Virus record (IMG/VR): IMGVR_UViG_3300021963_000137 | Coordinates: 1-61,496 of that record | From: a virus | Taxonomy: Duplodnaviria; Caudoviricetes | DNA: 61,496 nucleotides | Strand: one strand, 5' to 3' | Part shown: positions 20,225-29,873 of the stretch, in pieces | Position numbering within the stretch: position 1 is the stretch's first letter | Layout: each line of letters opens with the position of its first letter | Made by a program: the position numbers and the translations under genes | The notes under the pieces: model-generated | Told to the model about the DNA's origin: nothing | Database searches by the model: none | What the model saw: only the letters and a program-made list of their open reading frames with translations

Positions 20225-20728
20225 TTAAGTATTTGGCGTAATAGTAAACGGATTAGGTAATTCACTTGAAATCCATGTAGTATGCCCATATTCATTTGTT
20301 AACTCTCTACAAATAGTAAGAGAGTGTGTTGCAATAATTGCTTTTGCAATTTCTGTTAAAGCAATTTTTGCTTCTTCTTCTGTATCACAATATTGATGAG
20401 TACCAGTTAATGTATTAAAAACTTGATATTTACCCATTGAAAAAACCTTTCCTATATAACGCACAAACTTTTCAGTTTTTCTTTGTTCAATATACCATGC
20501 CAAATCTCTGCTTAAATTATTATCTATTAAAAATTCAATACATTCTATTTCAGTACGGCCCCACATATTAGCAACAGTAAAATAATGATCATCAGCAGAT
20601 GAGTCGTCTTTTGTAGGATCATAATTCTTTTGATTTGGTCTATCAAAACTTATTCCACAAGAACCTAAATGTAAGAGTAATTCTTTAGTAATAATAATTT
20701 GATTATTTTCATTAACTCGTTCTGTCAT
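20225..20728 (-). CDS. Hypothetical protein, possibly tail-fibre associated (start revised to 20728)
   Basis: ATGA overlap with the adhesin stop codon. Confidence 0.55.
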   Translation of the reverse strand: MTERVNENNQIIITKELLLHLGSCGISFDRPNQKNYDPTKDDSSADDHYFTVANMWGRTEIECIEFLIDNNLSRDLAWYIEQRKTEKFVRYIGKVFSMGKYQVFNTLTGTHQYCDTEEEAKIALTEIAKAIIATHSLTICRELTNEYGHTTWISSELPNPFTITPNT

Positions 20729-21732
20729 GACACACTCCCATAAACTCTGGTAGTGTTTCCACTTACCCAAGTAACTGTAAATCCATTTAAAGACACTGCT
20801 TTACCTCCTACCCAACCTGAGCCACCTGAGGCACCCCATCCACCGCCACCTCCAGATCCGCTACCAACACTACCGCCTACTCTAGTGCCTGTAGCTCCAG
20901 CAGCATTTCCAGCACCACCATTACCACCACCACCAGAACCACCTGCACCGCCTGAGCCTGGAAATATCCTTCCACCTCCTGCGCCACCACCATAGTTAGT
21001 AGTTGTAGTTTTACCGCTTGTGCTTACAAATGATCCACCACCACCGCCACCTGCGCCTCCTCCTTGCGCTTGTGACACTGTGTTTCCTGTTCCACCAACT
21101 GCGCCTGCACTCCCAATTGCTCCCCCTGCACCGCCACTAATCCCAGCACTGGTAGGAGCAGCACCTGCGCCGCCACCTGCGCCACCCCCGCCACCTGCAA
21201 AACCGCCGACATTTTGCATGTTTAAGCCACCACCGCCGCCCCCGCCAATATAGGCAGAAGCATTGGTATTATTAATTGTAGTGTGATAGCCCAAACTAAG
21301 AGCAGGACCCCCTGGTCCATTGACCGAGCCTCCTCCACCAAGACCACCTTGACCCATTATGTAGCCATTATTTACAAGAAGAATTGTGTCACCAGTTGTC
21401 CCTCCTGATAACGTTAATCCATGCGTTCCTGTAGATGATGACCAAAGGTATATACCTGAGTTTACTGTAATAGTAATATCTGATGCACCAGCTACGTAAC
21501 CACTAATTGAAGAAACATTTAAGGAAGCATTATTAGTATTAGCTGAAAAAGTGTATGAGATTGAAGCTCTATTTGATTTTCCATAAAAGTTAGACAATGC
21601 AATTTGTCCAGAAGGAACTCCAGCTAAAGTGCGGTATGACGCTTGATTAATGTTTGCACTTGTTGTTCCTGCCTGACCAAGTTCTACGTTAATAGCGTTA
21701 AACGAAATTGCGCCTGATGCTGGTAATGTCAT
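20725..21732 (-). CDS. Glycine-rich receptor-binding adhesin (T-even gp38-like)
   Basis: MTLPASGAIS...NFYGKS N-terminus, polyglycine blocks, directly after the fibre gene. Confidence 0.7.
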   Translation of the reverse strand: MTLPASGAISFNAINVELGQAGTTSANINQASYRTLAGVPSGQIALSNFYGKSNRASISYTFSANTNNASLNVSSISGYVAGASDITITVNSGIYLWSSSTGTHGLTLSGGTTGDTILLVNNGYIMGQGGLGGGGSVNGPGGPALSLGYHTTINNTNASAYIGGGGGGGLNMQNVGGFAGGGGGAGGGAGAAPTSAGISGGAGGAIGSAGAVGGTGNTVSQAQGGGAGGGGGGSFVSTSGKTTTTNYGGGAGGGRIFPGSGGAGGSGGGGNGGAGNAAGATGTRVGGSVGSGSGGGGGWGASGGSGWVGGKAVSLNGFTVTWVSGNTTRVYGSVS

Positions 21733-21744
21733 TTTTAAACTCCG

Positions 21745-24700
21745 TTATTTTAATTTTTCTTCAAGTATTTCTATTTTATTATTTAACTCTTTAATAGCTT
21801 CAATTAATAAAGGCACAAGTTTTTCATATCTAACAGTTAAATATTGTTCATCAATAGGTGCAGGTGCAACTACTTCAGGCATAATTGCTTGGACTTGTTG
21901 TGCAGAAACGCCTACTTCTCTTATTGGTTTATAACCCAAATCTTGTGCAGTTTGATTTGCTTCATAATAAAAACCATTTAAGGTGTTTACTTTATCTAAA
22001 GCATTTTTAATATTGCCAAAATTTGTTTTTAAACGATCATCAGAATAATATGCTGTTACGTTATTAGTTGCTCTAATTTCTCCAGCAGTTCCAGAACCAG
22101 CAGTGCCAACACCTAAACTATTCATTTGAAAGTTGTTTGCGGTATTTGTTGCATTAGCTGTAGTTGCTGTAGTTGCTGTAGTTGCTGTTGTAGCTGTAGC
22201 AGCATTACCTGTACAAGAACCTGATGAGCCATCAATATTGACACCTGTTAACGATTGCGTAGCACTTGCCCTATTAACTGCAATACTTGTTGTACCTAGA
22301 TTAAAAGAGGATGTAGTATAAAAGCCATTAGTTACCGTAGCCGCATTACCAGTACATGAAGCAGATGAACCTGTTGTGTTTTGATTGAGCGTTGGAAATG
22401 TACAGTTAGTTAAAGTGCCGCTTGATGGTGTACCAAGTGCGCCCCCACTGACTAAATTCCCGCTTGCAGTGCCAGTCAAAGCTGCAGTAATAGTTCCTGC
22501 ACTAAAATTACCTGATGCATCTCTAGCAACAATAGTGCTTGCTGTATTTGCATTTGTTGCGTTAGATGTAACTGTAAATGTAGCTGCGGTAGATTGATTT
22601 GCAGTAAATGTTTGTGAACCAGATAACCCTGTTCCTGATACTGCTAATGTTAATGTGCCATTATTTACATTACTTGCAGTCGTAGCTGTAGCAGCATTAC
22701 CTGTACATGAACCAGAAGAACCTGTTGTGTTTTGATTTAGCGTAGGTATATCAGCAGCAACAATAGCTCTAAATGTAGCAGTACCAGCCGCTCCATTAGG
22801 TGCAGCATAAAAATAATTAGCTATTTGAGAGCCAGATAAACCAGCAGCAGTTCCTGTTGTATTTTGGTTTAAAGTAGGAAATGTACAATTAGTTAATGTT
22901 CCACTTGCTGGAGTACCTAATGCACCGCCTTGAACAACAATAGTTGAACTAGCATCTGGTAATGTAAATGTTCTTTCGGTAGTTGTTGGTCCAGTAAATT
23001 TAGTAAATCCATTACCAGTACCACCATAAGTGGATGAAATAATGTTTGTTACATCTGCTGAACCATTAAATGAGCCACCATGAATTGATCTTGCTGTTGT
23101 TAATGTTGCAGCAGAACCTGTTGTATTTTGGTTTAAAGTAGGAAATGTACAATTAGTTAATGTTCCACTTGCTGGAGTACCTAATGCAGGTGTAACTAAA
23201 GTAGGTGATGTAGATAATACAACATTACCACTACCTGTAGTACTATAAGAAGTACCCCATGCACTACCTGTAGAATTTACAATACCTGCACCTGGGTAAG
23301 TAAATGTGCTTGGTGCAGCAAATTGAATAAAAGTAATACCAGTTGTTCCTACTGTAATAGGTAATACTGTTTGTTGTACCCAAGATGTATTAGCATTAAC
23401 TGTACCTAATAATACTAATAAAAAGTCACCAGCATCAATTTGATCGGTACCTGTTCCTGAGCTATCAAAGTCAGTAGCACGAGTTAATACCCATGCAGTA
23501 GATCCTGAACCTACATTGGTAACTGTATATACACCATTTTGAGAACTTGTAGATTGATTTTTAACTAATATACGTTGACCTACAGTTGGAGAAGCACTAT
23601 CAATAGATAATGTTGCAAACGTAGTTGTTTTAGTTAATGTGGCACCTACTCCTGATGTGCCATTGTTATAAGATACAGTACCTAAATCTGCAGTAGTTGC
23701 ATAATTACATGCTGCATGAAAGTTAACACCTACCGCAAGGGAGTCTACATACAGCTTATTAGTAATATCAGTATCTGCTGAAGGTGCTGTAGTAATGGAA
23801 CCTGTTGTTAAAGCAACTGAGGTAATGTCTGTATTTGTACCTGATTTAGCAGCATTTAAATTAGTTCTTGAGGTAGTTACATTACCAACATCTGATAAGT
23901 TGTTAGATGAAAGTAATACACCTGCAGCAGACACATATGCTGTTAACCATGCAGAACCTGAGTATACTCTCATTTCATTGCTAACTGTATTAAAATACAA
24001 TGCGCCTGTTAATAAAGCATTACCATCATTATCTAATGTAGGGTTTGAAGATTTAGCTCCAAGGTATCTGTCATCAAAAGAATCATAAGATGCTGCTGCA
24101 GATATTGCAGAAGCATTAGCACTACTAGCTGAAGTAGAAGCACTAGATGCGCTAGATGCTGCATCACTTGCTTGGGTAGTAGCTATCCCTGCTTGAGTTG
24201 TAGCTGTTGTTGCACTAGTAGCCGAATTGTTTGCTTGAGTAGTAGCTATCCCCGCTTGGGTAGTTGCAGTTGATGCACTAGTAGAAGCAGATGATGCACT
24301 AGATGCTGAATTTGTTGCTGATGTAGCAGCAGATGTAGCTGAACCACTTGCAGATGTAGCACTATTAGCAGCATTGGTTGCACTAGTTGAAGCAGCAGAC
24401 GCACTAGAAGCAGCATTAGTAGCTGATGTTCCTGCAGATGTAGCAGAGCTACTTGCGCTTGTAGCACTAGTAGAGGCGTTAGATGCTTGTGTAGTAGCTA
24501 TACCAGCCTGAGTTGTAGCAGTTGATGCACTAGTTGAAGCAGCAGACGCACTAGAAGCAGCATTAGAGGCTTGAGTAGTAGCTATACCCGCTTGAGTTGT
24601 AGCTGTTGTTGCTGACCCAGAAGCACTTGTAGCACTATTAGCGGCATTAGTTGCTGATGTAGATGCTTCACTTGCTTTTGTAGTAGCCGTTGTTGCTGAT

Positions 24701-25311
24701 GTACTTGCTGATGTAGCAGAATTAGATGCACTAGTAGCACTAGTAGAAGCACTGCTTGCGGATGTTGCAGCATTAGTTGCACTTGTAGATGCTCCACTAG
24801 CAGAAGTTGCGGCATTAGTTGCACTAGTAGAAGCAGATGATGCACTAGCTGCTGCCTCAGTAGCTTTGGTTACTGCAATATTTGCTTGAGTATTAGCATT
24901 TGTTGCTGAAGTTGCAGCAGAAATTGCTGCTGAACCAGCATTTGATGAACTTGCTGAAGCGCTATTTGCAGAAATACCCGCAGATACTGCTGAATTATAC
25001 GAGCTAGTTGCAGAAGTTGCAGCAGCAGTAGCACTTACTGCTGCCGCAGCAGCACTTGCAGCAGCATCATTAGCATCTTCAGCAGCAATATTGCTGTATT
25101 GTACTGCAGTTACAATATCAAGATTATCATATTCACCACCAGCAGAGACACTTCCCGTCATGCCTGGAGCTTGCTGATAACCTGATGTATTTGTAGGTGC
25201 GTCAGAGGAAACAGTATTAACTGTTTGTTGAGCACTAGTCTGTGCTAAGTCTCCGTACTCACCACCAGCAGCCATACCTGCGGTAACCCCAGCTGTTTGT
25301 TGGTATCCCAT
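21745..25311 (-). CDS. Long tail fibre with C-terminal intramolecular chaperone (peptidase S74)
   Basis: Ala/Ser/Thr repeats, RILVKNQ...NGVY motif, YSDDRLK...GVSAQQVQ...VRYEKLVPLLIEAIKEL. Confidence 0.9.
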   Translation of the reverse strand: MGYQQTAGVTAGMAAGGEYGDLAQTSAQQTVNTVSSDAPTNTSGYQQAPGMTGSVSAGGEYDNLDIVTAVQYSNIAAEDANDAAASAAAAAVSATAAATSATSSYNSAVSAGISANSASASSSNAGSAAISAATSATNANTQANIAVTKATEAAASASSASTSATNAATSASGASTSATNAATSASSASTSATSASNSATSASTSATTATTKASEASTSATNAANSATSASGSATTATTQAGIATTQASNAASSASAASTSASTATTQAGIATTQASNASTSATSASSSATSAGTSATNAASSASAASTSATNAANSATSASGSATSAATSATNSASSASSASTSASTATTQAGIATTQANNSATSATTATTQAGIATTQASDAASSASSASTSASSANASAISAAASYDSFDDRYLGAKSSNPTLDNDGNALLTGALYFNTVSNEMRVYSGSAWLTAYVSAAGVLLSSNNLSDVGNVTTSRTNLNAAKSGTNTDITSVALTTGSITTAPSADTDITNKLYVDSLAVGVNFHAACNYATTADLGTVSYNNGTSGVGATLTKTTTFATLSIDSASPTVGQRILVKNQSTSSQNGVYTVTNVGSGSTAWVLTRATDFDSSGTGTDQIDAGDFLLVLLGTVNANTSWVQQTVLPITVGTTGITFIQFAAPSTFTYPGAGIVNSTGSAWGTSYSTTGSGNVVLSTSPTLVTPALGTPASGTLTNCTFPTLNQNTTGSAATLTTARSIHGGSFNGSADVTNIISSTYGGTGNGFTKFTGPTTTERTFTLPDASSTIVVQGGALGTPASGTLTNCTFPTLNQNTTGTAAGLSGSQIANYFYAAPNGAAGTATFRAIVAADIPTLNQNTTGSSGSCTGNAATATTASNVNNGTLTLAVSGTGLSGSQTFTANQSTAATFTVTSNATNANTASTIVARDASGNFSAGTITAALTGTASGNLVSGGALGTPSSGTLTNCTFPTLNQNTTGSSASCTGNAATVTNGFYTTSSFNLGTTSIAVNRASATQSLTGVNIDGSSGSCTGNAATATTATTATTATTANATNTANNFQMNSLGVGTAGSGTAGEIRATNNVTAYYSDDRLKTNFGNIKNALDKVNTLNGFYYEANQTAQDLGYKPIREVGVSAQQVQAIMPEVVAPAPIDEQYLTVRYEKLVPLLIEAIKELNNKIEILEEKLK
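22853..23188. repeat. Exact 72-bp direct repeat in the tail fibre gene (22853-22924 and 23117-23188)
   Basis: Identical DNA encoding ALGTPASGTLTNCTFPTLNQNTTG; diverged copies near 22370 and 22720. Confidence 0.85.
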
Positions 25312-25322
25312 TTGGTGTCTCC

Positions 25323-26237
25323 TTAAATTAATCCGTTAGTATTAAAGTTAACTTGTACGTTACCACCAGATGCTCTACGCCATTTTTCTTCTTTGTTAAG
25401 TGAGAATACATTTTCATTAAATCGTTTTTCGTAACGTTGTTCCATTGCCTGGTCAAACATGTATGCGCCTAAATTGTATAAAGCACCCCATACAACTAAT
25501 CTTTCATTATTATCTCTTAACCAATTAGATACTTCTTTACCAATATAATATTTAGTTGTTACTGTAGCATTATAAGCAGCAGCCTCTGCATATGTTGCAA
25601 AGCATTTTGTAACAGAAGATGCGGTAGAAAAGTATAGTGGTGTATCTGTATTTACACCTGTTAAAGTTAAATATGGTTGATCAGCATCTGATAAACTAAT
25701 TAAATAATTAATAGGTACAACGCTATATAAAGCATTTAATGCAGGTAATCTGCGATAGTAATGGATTTCTACTTCGGCACCTACAGCTAATTGGGGATGA
25801 ATAAATATTTTGTTATCCTGCCACATCCAGTTATATACTGAATATTTTTCTGAATATAAATCAAAGAAAGTTCTACTATCTGTTACTTCATTAAATACTT
25901 TACTTACATTAGATGGATAGGTAGAATATGATGTACCAATATTATCTTGTGCTAAAGTTCTAACATAAACAAACTGAGTTAAATCTTCAGGAATAGCAAA
26001 AGAAGTATAAGCATTACCATAAGGCATACCTAAACTATTTTCTCCTGAATTGTCTGTACTTGCAACTGTGTAAACAACAGTAGCTTCTAATGGAGGAATA
26101 CGTAATTGTCTGTAGCATTCGTCAGCAGAATAGGTTAAACAATCCTGAATGACGCTGTCGGGTATAGTTGCTACTTCGGGTTTATTACTCCAGTCTCTTA
26201 CTTTAGCGACTAAAGCGTCAAATCTAGGTGTTGCCAT
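25323..26237 (-). CDS. Head-tail adaptor (tail tubular protein A-like)
   Basis: Position after the capsid block; YYRRLPAL and SNWL...LVVWGAL motifs. Confidence 0.65.
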   Translation of the reverse strand: MATPRFDALVAKVRDWSNKPEVATIPDSVIQDCLTYSADECYRQLRIPPLEATVVYTVASTDNSGENSLGMPYGNAYTSFAIPEDLTQFVYVRTLAQDNIGTSYSTYPSNVSKVFNEVTDSRTFFDLYSEKYSVYNWMWQDNKIFIHPQLAVGAEVEIHYYRRLPALNALYSVVPINYLISLSDADQPYLTLTGVNTDTPLYFSTASSVTKCFATYAEAAAYNATVTTKYYIGKEVSNWLRDNNERLVVWGALYNLGAYMFDQAMEQRYEKRFNENVFSLNKEEKWRRASGGNVQVNFNTNGLI

Positions 26238-26246
26238 TTAAATTCC

Positions 26247-26570
26247 TTATAAAGCTTTTACATTACTCGTTTTTAGTAATGGATAATCCGATTCAATAAC
26301 TTGTTTTAATTTTCTTAGGTTAGTTGGATCCTGCATAAAGTCAGGAGCATGTACATCTAACCCATGTTTAGTTAACATATCAATAGCAACAATATCAGGG
26401 ATAATAGCAAATGATCTATATGTTCTGCCATTACGGGAAATAGAATCTAACTCTCGTTGTTGAGAAGCATAGTCTTTATAGTCCTGAACATTTTGTTCTA
26501 ATTGAAAATTCTTTTCGTCTGTTTTAACAACAAAGCTTTTAGCATTGTTTTCTTGTGATAAAAATCCCAT
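26247..26570 (-). CDS. Hypothetical protein of the head module
   Basis: ORF with AGAGG RBS. Confidence 0.6.
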   Translation of the reverse strand: MGFLSQENNAKSFVVKTDEKNFQLEQNVQDYKDYASQQRELDSISRNGRTYRSFAIIPDIVAIDMLTKHGLDVHAPDFMQDPTNLRKLKQVIESDYPLLKTSNVKAL

Positions 26571-26582
26571 GTGTCCTCTTAA

Positions 26583-26870
26583 TTAGTTTTTTAATGCTGC
26601 AGAAAATGATCCATCAACAGTAAAACAACCGTATTCATAAAGAATACCACCAGATGCATACGCACTTACTGCGGTTACTACTAAAGCACCAGCTGTGCTA
26701 TTAGCGCCATCATAATACTTAACTTGGCTAATACGACCACGAACTACGTTAGGTGCTCTATAGTCTGAACCAGCATCTAGGCTGTCAGCAGTAGTTGCAA
26801 TATTAACAACATAGTTATCAGGGATGTATTGGCGAGTACCATCTGTCGCTGTAATTCTTAGAAATTCCAT
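26583..26870 (-). CDS. Hypothetical virion-module protein
   Basis: ORF with AAGGA RBS after the capsid terminator. Confidence 0.6.
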   Translation of the reverse strand: MEFLRITATDGTRQYIPDNYVVNIATTADSLDAGSDYRAPNVVRGRISQVKYYDGANSTAGALVVTAVSAYASGGILYEYGCFTVDGSFSAALKN

Positions 26871-26886
26871 TTGTGTTCCTTATAAT

Positions 26887-26916
26887 AAAAAAGGAGGAAG
26901 ATTTCTCTCCCTCCTT
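26887..26916 (-). terminator. Rho-independent terminator after the major capsid gene
   Basis: AAGGAGGGAGA-GAAA-TCTTCCTCCTT followed by a T-run on the minus strand. Confidence 0.85.
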
Positions 26917-26934
26917 GTTTAGGTTATGTAACGA

Positions 26935-28050
26935 TTAAGCGCCAGATAAACCGAAAATCATACCACAACCTTTAGGGTTACGGCATTCTAGTGTACCTTC
27001 TTCAACGATTTGACCAATGATAGAGTCACCTAATTGGCCTAAGTCAACTTCTTGTAGAGGACGTAAAGAAGCATAGCTGAACCACATTGGATCATATAAG
27101 AACGCTGTGAAGTTAGCTGTGTCGTTTAAACCAGAAACAGTAGTATTAGAGATACCCATAACATAGTTAGGAACAACCATAATGTCACCGAAGTCAGACA
27201 TGTAAATCTCAACTGACTGACGGAGTTTACCGTCTTGGTCAATGTTACGGCGAACGTTACCGTCACCAGCATTGCTTGAGCTAGAGCCAGCAGACTGTGC
27301 CTTAGCAGAGAATACACGGCGGTTAGCAGGAGACAACATTAGTTTAGTAGCTTTACCACCGTTTTCGTAGATAGCTTGCATAACAGTGTCAACATGTGAC
27401 AAAGCTAAGCTGTTCTTATCAGCGCCAGTAACAGTAGTGAAAGTACCAGCAATACCACCGCCTGGATTAGTAGGAGCAGTATACTCGCCTGGAGTAGTCA
27501 ACACGTTAAGTGCTGTAGCAGGAGTAGTAGTGGCTGCAGTGTAGTTAACCCATGCTTGGTAACCACCAAAGGTACGAGTACCAGAGCCGTTAGAGCTGTC
27601 CCAGCTGTTAACTAAGTCGAACTCAACGTCACGGCGTAGTTCGGTACCACGCTTCTTGAGTTGATATGCGTATTCGTCAGCAACACCAGCTTGGTCAACA
27701 GCACGTTTAGTACCAGTAACAGTAACAGTTTTGCTGTTAATCTGAGTGTAGTTACCTAAACGAGTACGATAGGGTTCAGTAACTTGGTTAGTTGCTTGGG
27801 TAGCGTAAGAGACACCTTCAGCAACGGGATTAGATGCAGGAGGTGACAACTCGTCAGTTTGCCATTCGTGGAAGACAGCAGTAGCTTTTGTCTTACCAAT
27901 AGATGACATAAAGGGAGTTTCATCTCGAGAAATCATAGAGATAAAGTTAGCGAGGTCTTCACGTTCGCCAGCATTTACTGCATTACCTGTGGATGCAGAG
28001 CTACGAGCAGCAGCCTTAGGGCCGCCTGTAGCAAAAGTTTGAATAGCCAT
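26935..28050 (-). CDS. Major capsid protein (SU10/DUF5309 type)
   Basis: REDLANFISMIS..ETPF...HEWQTDEL, NYTQI, YQLxKxxxELxRDVE, YMSDFG motifs; strong codon bias. Confidence 0.9.
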   Translation of the reverse strand: MAIQTFATGGPKAAARSSASTGNAVNAGEREDLANFISMISRDETPFMSSIGKTKATAVFHEWQTDELSPPASNPVAEGVSYATQATNQVTEPYRTRLGNYTQINSKTVTVTGTKRAVDQAGVADEYAYQLKKRGTELRRDVEFDLVNSWDSSNGSGTRTFGGYQAWVNYTAATTTPATALNVLTTPGEYTAPTNPGGGIAGTFTTVTGADKNSLALSHVDTVMQAIYENGGKATKLMLSPANRRVFSAKAQSAGSSSSNAGDGNVRRNIDQDGKLRQSVEIYMSDFGDIMVVPNYVMGISNTTVSGLNDTANFTAFLYDPMWFSYASLRPLQEVDLGQLGDSIIGQIVEEGTLECRNPKGCGMIFGLSGA

Positions 28051-28079
28051 TTTTAAGTTTCCTTATAGTGAGTTTTGGT

Positions 28080-29222
28080 TTATAGTTTTTTGCTCACAGA
28101 AGAAATACGTTTTAGAAAATCTAATTCGTCTTGTTTTGATCCTTGACCAGAAAGAACTTTGGAACGGTTGGTACTAACATTCTGCTGCTCCTTCTGGGAG
28201 TTCGAAGTTCCCTTTTTAGAGGGTATCGACTTTACCGATGGTGCTGCTTTACGTTTCACTTCGCCTGTTTCCTTTGCGGTTTTTAGCTTACGATAATCAT
28301 TAATAAATTTAACTACTACTGGATCATATACTTGATTTAACAACTCTTCAGGTAAGCCTTCTTTAAGGGCAAACTCTCGGATACTTGTAGCAACTTTTTC
28401 AGAATAATCAGGAATATGATTCATGATATTTTCTTCATAGTTCTTTAATAGTTGTTGTTGATACTCAACTTGTTGAGCCTGTAATTGTTCCATTATTGCT
28501 GAAGTTTTAGCTTCACGACTATTGCGTGCTGCCCAATACTTTTCTTGCACTATTTCTAATTGATCTCTTAATTCACGAGCAGTGTATGAGTCACCGTCTT
28601 CTCGTGCTTTATCAATTTCGGATTTAACCTTATGGTACTCTTTGGCAAGATTAGTTTCAACAATAGTCAATTCTTGATTGATTACTGTACCTAATTGAAT
28701 TACTTCTTGAAGCTTTTCATTTCTTTCTTGTTCGACCTGTTTCTTCAGTTCGCCTAGTTCACGCCCCTTTTGAGATAGATGCTTATCAGTAGAATAGCCT
28801 TTACGGATTTCTTCTAGGGTCACGTACTCTGTTTTACCGTCAACGGTTACAGGTACTTGATATTCCCAATCAATATCTTCTTCAGAAGGTAGTTCAGAGT
28901 TTTGGGTAGACGCATCATCCTCATCTTTACTTTCTTCTTCAGTTGCTGTTGATTCTTCTTCTTCATCTAGGTCAGTTGCAGACTCTTCATCGTTCTCTTT
29001 TTGGGCTTCTTCTTCCGATGATTCGTCTGGATTTGGGACGCCTAAGTCTTCCTCTGGTAGAGATTCTTCTTTATCCAACCCAAGCATTTTAGCTGCTGGT
29101 GAGTTGCGAAGAATGTCATCAAGACTCTTTGCTTCCAAATCTGCACTATAACTTCCGTCATCAAAGTCCTTACTCGATACATTCGAGGCAGGTGTGTTGG
29201 TAGAGAGATGTTGTAGATTCAT
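28080..29222 (-). CDS. Capsid scaffolding protein
   Basis: Very acidic N-half, VTVDGKTEYVTLEEIRKGY motif, coiled coil; directly before the capsid gene. Confidence 0.85.
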   Translation of the reverse strand: MNLQHLSTNTPASNVSSKDFDDGSYSADLEAKSLDDILRNSPAAKMLGLDKEESLPEEDLGVPNPDESSEEEAQKENDEESATDLDEEEESTATEEESKDEDDASTQNSELPSEEDIDWEYQVPVTVDGKTEYVTLEEIRKGYSTDKHLSQKGRELGELKKQVEQERNEKLQEVIQLGTVINQELTIVETNLAKEYHKVKSEIDKAREDGDSYTARELRDQLEIVQEKYWAARNSREAKTSAIMEQLQAQQVEYQQQLLKNYEENIMNHIPDYSEKVATSIREFALKEGLPEELLNQVYDPVVVKFINDYRKLKTAKETGEVKRKAAPSVKSIPSKKGTSNSQKEQQNVSTNRSKVLSGQGSKQDELDFLKRISSVSKKL

Positions 29223-29245
29223 AAATTATTTACCTTTGTGTCCAA

Positions 29246-29509
29246 TTAAACTGCAACAGCAGTTTTTTTAGCAGCCTTAGCTGCCGCCATCTTTTTGACA
29301 AAAGCTTCTTTGTCTTCAACCTTTGTAGCTTTAATGGGTTGACCACTCATTCGATCAATCACATCAATAGCACCTTGTAGGCTTACCAAGATGGGTGCAT
29401 AGCGTTGGGCTAAACCCGTACCGCCATTCTCTCCTGCTCTAGATAGTTCTCGTAAGATTTCTTCTCTAGAACGAATTAATACTTCTTTAACATTTGAATA
29501 ATTACTCAT
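29246..29509 (-). CDS. Hypothetical protein (start revised to MSNYS)
   Basis: GAAGG RBS; overlaps the upstream stop. Confidence 0.55.
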   Translation of the reverse strand: MSNYSNVKEVLIRSREEILRELSRAGENGGTGLAQRYAPILVSLQGAIDVIDRMSGQPIKATKVEDKEAFVKKMAAAKAAKKTAVAV

Positions 29510-29864
29510 TGCCTTCTTCCCCTTCTTGGGATTCCTGTTTTTGTTTGTGCATAAACTGAACGTTCTTGCCGTATCTTTCAATACCAATTAATTTCTCTTT
29601 AACAGAGCCTAATGCCATAGCTGTGTGATACAAGAATTCTCTTTCTTTAGAACAGTGAGGTTCAGTTTTAAGCCATGTAACAAAGAGATCTGCTAAGATC
29701 TCTCCGTATGCATCGCCAAAGAATTGTTCACGTTCTCTTACTGAGAACTCAGCCTTTCCAAGAGCTGTTTGAGCATCTCGGAAAGGTTCAACTTTATATT
29801 CACCAGTTTCATGGTTCATTTTTGGTTTGACTCTTCTTTCAAACCCATCTTTATATTTGTCCAT
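29502..29864 (-). CDS. Hypothetical protein following portal
   Basis: W......ERExLY motif; position between portal and scaffold. Confidence 0.65.
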   Translation of the reverse strand: MDKYKDGFERRVKPKMNHETGEYKVEPFRDAQTALGKAEFSVREREQFFGDAYGEILADLFVTWLKTEPHCSKEREFLYHTAMALGSVKEKLIGIERYGKNVQFMHKQKQESQEGEEGNE

Positions 29865-29873
29865 ATCTTAATA

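Noticed and set aside
20753-21253. Proline-rich plus-strand ORFs
   Set aside because: Reverse complement of polyglycine codons in the adhesin
22853-23188. Diversity-generating retroelement template/variable repeat pair
   Set aside because: Copies are identical with no adenine-specific mismatches, and no reverse transcriptase is present
24246-24845. Leu/Gln/His-rich alternative-frame ORFs in the tail fibre
   Set aside because: Artefact of Ala/Ser/Thr codon repeats
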